A stretch of 24,000 nt of DNA from positions 26,630-50,629 of the forward strand of contig NZ_JAKRGC010000008.1 in NCBI RefSeq assembly GCF_022347745.1, written 5' to 3'. The notes beneath the pieces are model-generated. The model worked only from the letters and a program-made list of their open reading frames with translations. It made no database searches and was not told where the DNA came from. Numbering within the stretch: position 1 is the stretch's first letter; each line of letters starts with the position of its first letter. A program made the translations under genes and the position numbers. Source of the stretch: Streptomyces sp. OfavH-34-F (GTDB lineage Bacteria; Actinomycetota; Actinomycetes; Streptomycetales; Streptomycetaceae). Positions 7,828 to 15,107 of this stretch are shown in pieces.

Positions 7828-8814
7828 ATGAAGTCTGAGCCGGCCACCGCGCTTCGCCACCGCACCGTCGAAGCCCCTGCGGGCCGCCTGCACCTGGCGG
7901 AGCAGGGCACCGGCCCGCTGGTCGTGCTCGTCCACGGCTTCCCCGAGTCCTGGTACTCCTGGCGCCACCAGCTTCCGGCCCTCGCCGCTGCCGGATTCCG
8001 GGCGGTCGCGATCGACGTACGCGGCTACGGCCGCTCCTCCAAGCCCGCCGAGACCGACGCCTACCGCCTGCTCGACCTGGTCGAGGACAACGTCGCCGTC
8101 GTGCGCGCCCTCGATGAGGAGAGCGCGGTGATCGTCGGCCACGACTGGGGCTCCAACATCGCGGCCGCCTCCGCGCTCCTCCACCCCGAGGTCTTCCGCG
8201 CGGTCGGCCTGCTGAGCGTCCCGTACGCGCCGCCCGGCGGCCCTCGCCCCACCGACGTCTTCGGCCGGATCGGCGGCCCCGATCAGGAGTTCTACGTCTC
8301 CTACTTCCAGGAGCCCGGCCGCGCCGAGGCGGAGATCGAGCCCGACGTCAAGGGCTGGCTGGCGGGCTTCTACGCGGCCCTGTCCGCCGACACCATGCCG
8401 GCCGCCGACCAACCAGACCCGCACTTCGTCGCCCGGGGCGGCCGGCTGCGCGACCGTTTCCCGGCCGGGCGGCTCCCGGCCTGGCTGAGCGAGGAGGACC
8501 TCGACGTCTACGCCGGGGAGTTCGAGCGCACCGGCCTGACCGGCGCCCTCAACCGCTACCGCAACGTGGACCGCGACTGGGAGGACCTCGCTCCCCACTG
8601 CGGAGCCCCCGTCGAGCAGCCCGCTCTGTTCATCGGCGGTGCGCTGGACGCCTCCACCACCTGGATGGCCGACGCCATCGACGCCTTCCCCACCACCCTC
8701 CCCGCTCTGTCCGCCTCCCACCTCCTGGCCGGCTGCGGCCACTGGATCCAGCAGGAACGCCCCGCCGAGGTCAACCGCTTGCTGACCGACTGGCTCGCCA
8801 CCCTTCCGGGCTGA
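7828..8814 (+). CDS. Alpha/beta-fold epoxide hydrolase family protein
   Basis: HGFPESWYSWRHQ (HGxP oxyanion motif), VGHDWGS (nucleophile Asp elbow), C-terminal GCGHWIQQERP (His). ATG 7828 is preceded by GAGGAGAAG. The upstream part of ORF 7366..8814 is antisense to the regulator gene and is not counted. Confidence 0.9.
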   Translation: MKSEPATALRHRTVEAPAGRLHLAEQGTGPLVVLVHGFPESWYSWRHQLPALAAAGFRAVAIDVRGYGRSSKPAETDAYRLLDLVEDNVAVVRALDEESAVIVGHDWGSNIAAASALLHPEVFRAVGLLSVPYAPPGGPRPTDVFGRIGGPDQEFYVSYFQEPGRAEAEIEPDVKGWLAGFYAALSADTMPAADQPDPHFVARGGRLRDRFPAGRLPAWLSEEDLDVYAGEFERTGLTGALNRYRNVDRDWEDLAPHCGAPVEQPALFIGGALDASTTWMADAIDAFPTTLPALSASHLLAGCGHWIQQERPAEVNRLLTDWLATLPG

Positions 8815-8836
8815 ACCGGCGGACCGGGCGAGCGGA

Positions 8837-8864
8837 GGGCCCGGACGCTGCGGCGTCCGGGCCC
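8837..8864. terminator. Perfect GC hairpin between convergent genes
   Basis: GGGCCCGGACGC (8837-8848), loop TGCG, GCGTCCGGGCCC (8853-8864). It lies between the hydrolase stop (8814) and the methyltransferase stop (8882). Confidence 0.6.
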
Positions 8865-8881
8865 CACTCGGGACGGGTGGG

Positions 8882-9649
8882 TCAGCGCTCCATGAGAGCG
8901 AAGACGCCCCAGCCGAGGTACTCACGCCCGTAACGGGCGTACCGGGCCGGTTCGGTGGTGAGTTCCTCCCGTACGGCGGGGGCGAGTTCGTCGTCCGGGT
9001 TCTCGTCGAGCCAGCGGCGCATGCTGAGCCACTGGGCCGCGGCGTAACGGTCCCAGCTGTCCTGATCGGCCAGCATCATCTCCACGACGTCGCAGCCGAG
9101 TTCCTGGAACCGCTCGATGAGAGCGGGCAGGAGCAGGAAGTCGGCGACGGACGTGGCGTGGCACGCCTGGGCGGTCTCCTCGTCCGGCGGGGTCAGCCGC
9201 CAGAAGGGTTCACCGATCAACATCATGCCCCCGGGGCGGAGACTGCGCCGGAGCAGTTCGATCGTTCCGGCGACACCTCCGCCGATCCAGGTGGCGCCCA
9301 CGCAGGCCGCCAGGTCGACCGGCTGGTCGGCGACGTGGCCGGCGGCATCACCGTGAAGGAACTCGACCCGGTCGGCGACGCCGAGTTCGGCGGCGCGGCG
9401 GCGGGCCTGTTCGGTGAAGAGGGTGCTGATGTCGACCCCCGTGCCCGTGAAGCCCAGGTCGCGGGCCCAGGTGCACAGCATCTCGCCCGAGCCGCAGGCC
9501 AGGTCGAGCACCCGGGTTCCGGTGGGGAGGCGGAGGGATGCGCCCAGGGTGGCCAGCTTGTCCGCGGTCAGGGGGTTGTGGATCCGGTGTCCGCTCTCGC
9601 GGACGGTGAAGATGCGGGGAAGGTCCATGACCGTGTTCCTTTCCGTCAT
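8882..9649 (-). CDS. Class I SAM-dependent methyltransferase
   Basis: Motif I VLDLACGSGE, followed by GVDIS, FLHGD and LRPGGMMLI. ATG 9649 overlaps the rsgA stop (ATGA). An alternative ATG at 9628 is preceded by AAAGGA. The rest of ORF 8882..10600 is out-of-frame overlap with rsgA and is ignored. Confidence 0.85.
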   Translation of the reverse strand: MTERNTVMDLPRIFTVRESGHRIHNPLTADKLATLGASLRLPTGTRVLDLACGSGEMLCTWARDLGFTGTGVDISTLFTEQARRRAAELGVADRVEFLHGDAAGHVADQPVDLAACVGATWIGGGVAGTIELLRRSLRPGGMMLIGEPFWRLTPPDEETAQACHATSVADFLLLPALIERFQELGCDVVEMMLADQDSWDRYAAAQWLSMRRWLDENPDDELAPAVREELTTEPARYARYGREYLGWGVFALMER

Positions 9650-10764
9650 GCCTTGTAGTAGGGGGACTGCTTGTGGGCGCGCAGCTGTCGCGAGAGCTGC
9701 TTCATCGGCCGTTCCAGCTCGGCTCGCAGCCGGGCGTCGGTGCGGGCGGCGGCGTGGGCGTTCTCGCGCTCCAGGCGGTGGTAGCTGTCGAGGCGCCGCT
9801 CGGTGAGCCGGCCGTCCGCCACGGCGGCCAGCACGGCGCAGCCAGGCTCGACCGTGTGGGCGCAGTCCGTGAAGCGGCAGTCCCGGGCCAGTTCGGTGAT
9901 CTCGGCGAAGGTCCGCTCCAGGCCGTCGTCGGCATCGTGCAGGCCGACGCCGCGCAGGCCCGGGGTGTCCAGGAGGACTCCCCCGTCGGGCAGCGGCACC
10001 AGTTCGCGCCAGGCGGTGGTGTGGCGGCCCTTGCCGTCGCTGCCGCGTACCGCGCCGGTGGCCAGGCGGTCCTCGCCGAGCAGGCGGTTGCCGAGGGTGG
10101 ACTTGCCCGCGCCCGAGGGCCCGAGCAGGACGATCGTGCCCGACAGGACCGCGGTCAGGACGTCCAGGCCCTCGCCGGTGGTGGCGCTGGTGACCAGCAC
10201 CTCCACGCCCGGGGCCGCCTCGGCCACCTCGGAGGCCGCCGCGGCGGGGTCGGGGCACCGGTCGGCCTTGGTGAGCACCACCACGGGTGTGGCGCCGCTC
10301 TCCCAGGCGAGGGCCAGCATGCGCTCGATCCGCCCGAGTTTGAGCGGGTCGGCGAGAGAGACGGCCACCGCCACGGTGTCGACGTTCGCGGCCAGTACCT
10401 GGGCGTGAGAGGTCCGCGCGGAGGTGGAGCGGACCACCGCGGTCCGTCGCTCCAGCACCTCCACCACGGTGGCGGAGGTCGCCGGGCCCGCCGGCCTGAC
10501 CGCCACCCAGTCGCCGGTGCACGGCGTCAGCCGGTCCCCGGTTCCCGAGGAGGGGAGGACCAGCGCGCGGACGGGGCCGGTTTCGGCGACGACGTCGCAC
10601 TGACCGCGCTCGGCCCGCACGACGCGACCGGGCAGCAGTCCCGCGTCCCTGAACGCGCCGAAGGATCGCTCACGCTCCGGATCCCAGCCGTAGTCGGCCA
10701 GGGCCGGGACGTGCGAGGAGCAGGGGAGAGCGAACGGAGAAAACGAAGAGTGTGAAGGAAACAA
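9646..10764 (-). CDS. rsgA: Ribosome small-subunit-dependent GTPase A
   Basis: Circularly permuted GTPase motifs: VVLTKADR (G4), LLGPSGAGKSTL (G1), LLDTPGLR (G3), and the zinc knuckle CRFTDCAHTVEPGC. The only in-frame start in the ORF is TTG 10764. The first ~20 codons are pyrimidine-rich with atypical T-ending codons, so the true N-terminus is uncertain. Confidence 0.85.
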   Translation of the reverse strand: MFPSHSSFSPFALPCSSHVPALADYGWDPERERSFGAFRDAGLLPGRVVRAERGQCDVVAETGPVRALVLPSSGTGDRLTPCTGDWVAVRPAGPATSATVVEVLERRTAVVRSTSARTSHAQVLAANVDTVAVAVSLADPLKLGRIERMLALAWESGATPVVVLTKADRCPDPAAAASEVAEAAPGVEVLVTSATTGEGLDVLTAVLSGTIVLLGPSGAGKSTLGNRLLGEDRLATGAVRGSDGKGRHTTAWRELVPLPDGGVLLDTPGLRGVGLHDADDGLERTFAEITELARDCRFTDCAHTVEPGCAVLAAVADGRLTERRLDSYHRLERENAHAAARTDARLRAELERPMKQLSRQLRAHKQSPYYKA

Positions 10765-11053
10765 TGGAAGAGACCCTTGTGAGGGGCCTCGCCGGACATC
10801 AGACGTGCCGGAACCGCTCCCGCAGAGGGGAGACCGGCAGAGGAAAGGTCAGGCCGAGACCCGAGAGATGCGAACGAGTCGGGCACCGCACACAGCGGTG
10901 GTCACCACGACCGTCATCACGCATCTCCTCCGATCTCCGGGAGTGGCTCGGTCGCCACATCCGCAGAGACCGTAGCATCTCCGCGCGTTTGTGCGGCGGG
11001 CAGGTCGGAAAAGACCTGGCTCCGTTCCGGGGCGGCAGGGCAGGATCGCCGTC

Positions 11054-11671
11054 GTGATACGCCGTCCTCACGACGATGCCGAGTTGTCGGCCCTGGTCCG
11101 TCGTTATGTCACGCCCGAGCGGCGCTACTTGAAACTCGGCGGCGGCTTGCTGAACATGCGAGACCCCGACGGCGCGCGATTCGTGCGAGATCTCCGTGAG
11201 GATGCGGGACTCATCACCGCCGACGAGATCACCAGGCTTCTCGATGGCGGCTGGCGGGAGCGGAGAACCGCGGCGTGGCTCGTGGCCGTCTCCCGCCGGG
11301 CGGAGTTCCGTGAGCGCCTCGGAGAACTCCTGCTGGCGAGCGAGGTCTGCTGCGCCGGCCTCGCCTACAGCGTCGCCCTGGCCGGTTTCGGCACGGCGCG
11401 CGACGCCGATCTGCTCGCCGCCTACCTGGATCGGTACCTCCGCCGCCCCGACCTCGCGTACGACCAGCCCGTCGTCATGGGCGCTCTCCAGTTCGTCGAC
11501 CTGGACCTCGGAGGCAGCCGAGCGGACCGCTTCGCGGAGCCGGGGGGCCCGTGGCGGCAGTGGCTCCGGGAGGCACCACACATGAAGGACGGGGCGGACC
11601 CCGCCCCCTCCTTTCTGAGCCTCATCCGCCGGCTCTGCGCGTTCGTCGATGCATGCGCGGAGGTGCCGTGA
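11054..11671 (+). CDS. Conserved hypothetical protein (actinobacterial family; possibly DUF6000-like, from memory only)
   Basis: High GC3 across the ORF and no antisense competitor with motifs. Text: LVRRYVTPERRYLKLGGGLL...GGWRERRTAAWLVAVSRR...LLASEVCCAGLAYSVALAGFG. GTG 11054 has AGGA 7 nt upstream; the ORF track start 10991 is the alternative. Confidence 0.6.
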   Translation: MIRRPHDDAELSALVRRYVTPERRYLKLGGGLLNMRDPDGARFVRDLREDAGLITADEITRLLDGGWRERRTAAWLVAVSRRAEFRERLGELLLASEVCCAGLAYSVALAGFGTARDADLLAAYLDRYLRRPDLAYDQPVVMGALQFVDLDLGGSRADRFAEPGGPWRQWLREAPHMKDGADPAPSFLSLIRRLCAFVDACAEVP

Positions 11672-11785
11672 CCGCCGTCCTCCCCTGACGGGCTTCCCGG
11701 ACCATGCCCGTGGGGCGGGGAGGGCCCGACGACGCGGCTCCGCTCCGGGCCGGGACGCCTCCCCCGAGCGCTTCGGTGCGGAACC

Positions 11786-11814
11786 TTGTCAATATCCAGA
11801 ATCCTGTTTACTGT
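11786..11814 (+). promoter_or_regulatory. Sigma-70/HrdB-type promoter plus conserved AT-rich box upstream of yhfZ-like gene
   Basis: TTGTCA (11786-11791), 17-nt spacer, TACTGT (11809-11814, fits TAnnnT). 23 of 29 positions are identical to the box at 12819-12847. The GTG at 11822 is 7 nt past the -10 element, which suggests a leaderless mRNA. Confidence 0.5.
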
Positions 11815-11821
11815 TCTGATC

Positions 11822-12760
11822 GTGAACGCCTTCGACGACCGCTTCCTCACGCGCAACGGACTGGCCGCCCGCCAGCTCGCGGTCCTGCTGCTCAATCACG
11901 AGCCGGACACGCGGCTGCCCCGGGTGCGGGATTTCGCGGAGGAACTGGGCTGCGGGAACGGCACGGTCCAGGCGGCCCTGCAGTTGCTGGAGGAGTCCGG
12001 CGCCATCCGGACGACCGCCCGCGGGCACCTCGGCACCTTCCTCGCCCACTCGGACCGGTCCATACTCTGGCGGCTCTCCGGGCTCGGGACGCTGCTGGCC
12101 GCGATGCCCCTGCCGTACTCCCGCCGGTACGAGGGTCTGGCCACCGGGCTGCGCGGCGCCTTCGAGAAGGCGGGCGCGCCCTTCGCGATCACGTTCATGC
12201 GGGGCGCCGGGGCCCGTACCGCCGCCCTGCTCGAGGGCAAGGTCGACCTCGTCGTGCTGTCCCGGTTCGCCGCCGACGAGCTGATCGCCGAGCATCCGGT
12301 GGAGCTGGTGGCGGACCTGGGGCCGGCGACCTACGTGGGTGCGCACGGCATGCTCCTGCGCCACGGCGTGGACCTGGACACCCCGGGCCTGCGGGTCGCG
12401 GTCGACCACGCGTCGGAGGATCTGCGCAAGCTGGTCGACCTGGTCTTCGCCGGGCGCCCGGACGTCCGGCGGGTGGAGGCCTCGTACATGCAGCTGCCCG
12501 ACCTCTTCGCCCGCGAGGAGGTCGACGCCACCGTCTGGAACCTGGACGAGGTGCAGGACCGGCTCGGATTCGGCGTGGACGTGCTCCCCCTGGGGGACGA
12601 GGTCACCCGCGAACTGTCGCTGCGTAACTCCAGCGCGGCCGTCATCGGCCGTACCGAAGGCGCCAAGGCCCTGGCCGCGGTCCGCGACTCCCTGGATCTC
12701 CCGCTGATCACCTCACTCCAGCACGAGGTGATCGAGGGCACGCGCCTGCCCTCCTACTGA
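11822..12760 (+). CDS. yhfZ: YhfZ-family regulator (N-terminal GntR-like winged HTH + C-terminal periplasmic-binding-protein-like domain)
   Basis: wHTH text: RLPRVRDFAEELGCGNGTVQAALQLLEESGAIRTTARGHLGTFL. It is followed by AAMPLPYSRRYEGLATGL, which I recall as characteristic of E. coli YhfZ. I prefer start GTG 11822 because TTG 11786 (ORF track) would place the promoter-like box inside the coding sequence. Confidence 0.8.
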   Translation: MNAFDDRFLTRNGLAARQLAVLLLNHEPDTRLPRVRDFAEELGCGNGTVQAALQLLEESGAIRTTARGHLGTFLAHSDRSILWRLSGLGTLLAAMPLPYSRRYEGLATGLRGAFEKAGAPFAITFMRGAGARTAALLEGKVDLVVLSRFAADELIAEHPVELVADLGPATYVGAHGMLLRHGVDLDTPGLRVAVDHASEDLRKLVDLVFAGRPDVRRVEASYMQLPDLFAREEVDATVWNLDEVQDRLGFGVDVLPLGDEVTRELSLRNSSAAVIGRTEGAKALAAVRDSLDLPLITSLQHEVIEGTRLPSY

Positions 12761-12772
12761 GCCGCAGGCGAG

Positions 12773-12819
12773 GCGGCCGGAACAGGACGAAAGTCCTGCC
12801 GCCACGGGACCTTCGGTCC
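12773..12819 (+). terminator. Tandem hairpins after yhfZ-like gene
   Basis: CAGGAC-GAAA-GTCCTG (12783-12798, GNRA tetraloop), flanked by GGCGG (12773-12777) / CCGCC (12799-12803). Then GGACC-TTC-GGTCC (12807-12819). It begins 13 nt after the stop and ends at the next promoter box. Confidence 0.45.
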
Positions 12820-12860
12820 TCTCAAAATACAAAATCCTGGTTACTGTCTATTTTAGGAGG
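12819..12860 (+). promoter_or_regulatory. Second copy of the AT-rich box, with -10 element and RBS, upstream of yhfY-like gene
   Basis: CTCTCAaaatacaaaatcctggtTACTGT (12819-12847) aligns with 11786-11814; the core AATCCTGnTTACTGT is shared. The -35 position is weak (CTCTCA). AGGAGG at 12855-12860 lies 6 nt before ATG 12867. Confidence 0.5.
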
Positions 12861-12866
12861 ATCGCC

Positions 12867-13253
12867 ATGGACGACCAGCTGGCCCTGCGGATTCAGCTCT
12901 TCCGCGAAGGCGGACAGATCAAGCCCGAGGTCGCCGACTTCGTCGCGGCCGAACTGGCCGCCCTCGAAGCGGAGGGCCGCACCGTGACCGAGGCGACGGC
13001 GGGCATGCTCACCAGCCACCTGATGATGGCGCTCACCCGGCTCCTGGACGGCGAGGCCATCGAGCAGTTCCTCACCGACGACCAGGTCGCCGCCGAACTG
13101 GCCGGACACCCCGAGGCCGTCGCCCGCGCCCGCGAGGTCGCCGAACGCGCCCGGCGGGACCTGGGGGCGGCCCTCCCCGAGTCCGAGGTGAACTTCCTCG
13201 GCATGCACCTCGCGGTGCTGGCGCAGCAGACCCCCGCCGCCCCCTCCTCCTGA
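12867..13253 (+). CDS. yhfY: Stand-alone PRD-domain protein (YhfY family)
   Basis: 128 aa, all-helical text with two His residues in PRD-like contexts: MLTSHLMMALTRL (His51, nt 13017-13019) and FLGMHLAVLAQ (His114, nt 13206-13208). Strong RBS, high GC3. Confidence 0.8.
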   Translation: MDDQLALRIQLFREGGQIKPEVADFVAAELAALEAEGRTVTEATAGMLTSHLMMALTRLLDGEAIEQFLTDDQVAAELAGHPEAVARAREVAERARRDLGAALPESEVNFLGMHLAVLAQQTPAAPSS

Positions 13254-13311
13254 ACCACCCCGTCCCCCGGACCGGCCCGGCCGGCCCGAACCACCAGGAA
13301 AGAAGCAGGAC

Positions 13312-13668
13312 ATGACGAAGATCCTCGCCGGCGGCGTCGGCAAGACCGAGGTCACCGCCACCATCAAGCAGCTCGGCATCGAAGGGCTGGAGGTCACCGC
13401 CTCCAGCGACATGGACGCCGCGATGAAGCTGCGCGTCGGCCAGGCCGACTACTACCTGGGCACCTGCCACACGGGCGCCGGTGCCTCGCTCGGCGTCCTC
13501 GTCGGCCTGATGGGCAGCGCCGTCTGCCACACCTTCGGCCGCAACGTCCCCACCGAGGAGCAGATCACCGCCCTGCTGGACGAGGGCAAGAAGGTCTTCG
13601 GCTTCTCGATGGACCAGATCGACACCATCGCTCCCCTCATGGCGCGCGCCATCGCCGCCCGCGGCTGA
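13312..13668 (+). CDS. yhfU: DUF2620-family protein (YhfU family)
   Basis: 118 aa. SSDMDAAMKLRVGQADYYLGTCHTGAGASLGV matches my memory of E. coli YhfU (NDMEAAMKVKSGQLDYYIGACNTGAGAAL). Ends GKKVFGFS... Confidence 0.8.
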   Translation: MTKILAGGVGKTEVTATIKQLGIEGLEVTASSDMDAAMKLRVGQADYYLGTCHTGAGASLGVLVGLMGSAVCHTFGRNVPTEEQITALLDEGKKVFGFSMDQIDTIAPLMARAIAARG

Positions 13669-13713
13669 CCCAGCCCCCCTCTCCGATCATCCCGGGCACG
13701 AAGGAGTGACCCC

Positions 13714-15051
13714 GTGAGTACGACACTCGCAGCCGGTACGAGCCTCGACTTCTCGCTGGCCCAGCAACTGACCGTCATAGCCCTCTGTGCGCTGACCGCG
13801 TACATCGCTCACATGGCGCTGGCCGTCTTCAACGACGGCGTACGCCCGTTCCTCCTGGACTTCATCCAGGGGCGCACCACGCGCAGCGCGACGACGGCGG
13901 TCTCGTTCGGCCTCTCGGCCGGGTTCATCTTCGGGCTCGGCGCCCCGATGGCCCTGTCCACCGGTGTGCTGAACCCGTGGCTCCTCTTCCTGCCCACCGA
14001 CATCCTCGGCATGCTGTCGCCGAAGAAGTGGCTCGCGCCGATCCTCGGCGGCGCCTGGGGCGCGGTCGTCGTCTTCGGGCTCAACGGGGCCAACAACGTG
14101 GCCCACGACCTGCCGGTCGACTTCATCACCGCCATGCAGCAGATGTCGACCCCGATCCTCTTCCTCTTCACGCTGTTCCCCGTGCTGGCCATCACCAAGC
14201 AGTTCGGCCGCAAGTGGGGCGGCCTCGCGGGGCTGCTGGAGTTCGCCCTGGTCGTCATGACCATGAAGCTGTGGCCCAATATGTTCGCCGGCGCGCTGGC
14301 GATGGCCGTCGGCGTGCTGATGCTCATCGGCCTCGCCGTCGCCAAGGACCTCGGCCGGCGCAAGGCGGACAGGGCCGCGGGTGTGAGCGAACCCGTCGTC
14401 GAGGGCGACGACCCGATGGCCTCCCTCTTCAGCGCCAGCGCGGCCCGGCTGCGCCGGTACCTGCCCCTGTTCATGGTGCTGGGCGCCGGAGTGTGTGTGC
14501 TCGCCCAGATGCACATATTCGGCGGCGGCGAGGCGACCAGCTTCCTGATCGCGAAGGGGCAGTACTCCGAGGCGGCGCAGGTCGACTTCTACCGCGTCTT
14601 CGGCTTCATCCCGCTGATCGCGACCACCGCGCTGGCCTCCGGCGCGTACGGCATCGCGGGCTTCACCCTCGTGTACCCCATCGGCTACCTGATGCCGAAC
14701 CCGTTCCTCGCCGCGATCGTCGGTGCCCTGGTCTTCGCGGTCGAGGTGCTGGCCCTGTCCTACATCGGCAAGCTCCTCGGACGGCTGCCCAGCGTCCGCG
14801 ACTCCTCCGAGCACCTGCGCAGCGCGATCAGCGAGACGCTCCAGCTGGCCATCCTCTTCGGCTCGCTGATGGCGGCCAACGCCATGGGCGGCGGCCTGGG
14901 CATCCTCGTCGTCGGCGGGCTCTACCTGCTGAACGAGGCGATGGGCCGGCCGGTCGTCCGGATGGCCGCGGCACCGGCCGCGGTGATCGTCGGCGGCATC
15001 CTCCTCAACCTCCTGTACTGGCTGGACCTGTTCACCCCGCTCAAGGGGTGA
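13714..15051 (+). CDS. yhfT: YhfT-family polytopic membrane protein (putative transporter)
   Basis: 445 aa, many hydrophobic spans. Shared strings with E. coli YhfT as I recall it: LLFLPTDILG, GFIPLIATTALASG, YLMPNPF, LPSVRDSS, LLNEAMGRPV, GGILLNLLYWL. GTG 13714 is preceded by GAAGGAG. Confidence 0.85.
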   Translation: MSTTLAAGTSLDFSLAQQLTVIALCALTAYIAHMALAVFNDGVRPFLLDFIQGRTTRSATTAVSFGLSAGFIFGLGAPMALSTGVLNPWLLFLPTDILGMLSPKKWLAPILGGAWGAVVVFGLNGANNVAHDLPVDFITAMQQMSTPILFLFTLFPVLAITKQFGRKWGGLAGLLEFALVVMTMKLWPNMFAGALAMAVGVLMLIGLAVAKDLGRRKADRAAGVSEPVVEGDDPMASLFSASAARLRRYLPLFMVLGAGVCVLAQMHIFGGGEATSFLIAKGQYSEAAQVDFYRVFGFIPLIATTALASGAYGIAGFTLVYPIGYLMPNPFLAAIVGALVFAVEVLALSYIGKLLGRLPSVRDSSEHLRSAISETLQLAILFGSLMAANAMGGGLGILVVGGLYLLNEAMGRPVVRMAAAPAAVIVGGILLNLLYWLDLFTPLKG

Positions 15052-15107
15052 CCCCGGGCCCCCACTCCCCCGGAGCGCCCAGGCCGACCAGAGAAGGACC
15101 CCCCACG

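Noticed and set aside
7048-8925. 625-aa minus-strand ORF across the XRE-cupin and epoxide-hydrolase region
   Set aside because: It is out of frame with the real regulator gene and antisense to the hydrolase gene. Low-complexity text.
9650-10600. Upstream extension of the methyltransferase ORF (8882..10600)
   Set aside because: It overlaps rsgA out of frame. The methyltransferase fold begins just after the ATG at 9649/9628.
10752-11057. 101-aa plus-strand ORF in the rsgA/hypothetical-gene intergenic region
   Set aside because: It uses many rare AGA/AGG/GGA/CGA codons, gives basic low-complexity text, and has no RBS. Probably non-coding.
13977-15107. 5' two-thirds of the 693-aa ORF 13977..16058
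   Set aside because: Only the part from ATG 15108 (with RBS) matches Php. The upstream part is an out-of-frame read-through over yhfT with Arg/Pro-rich text.
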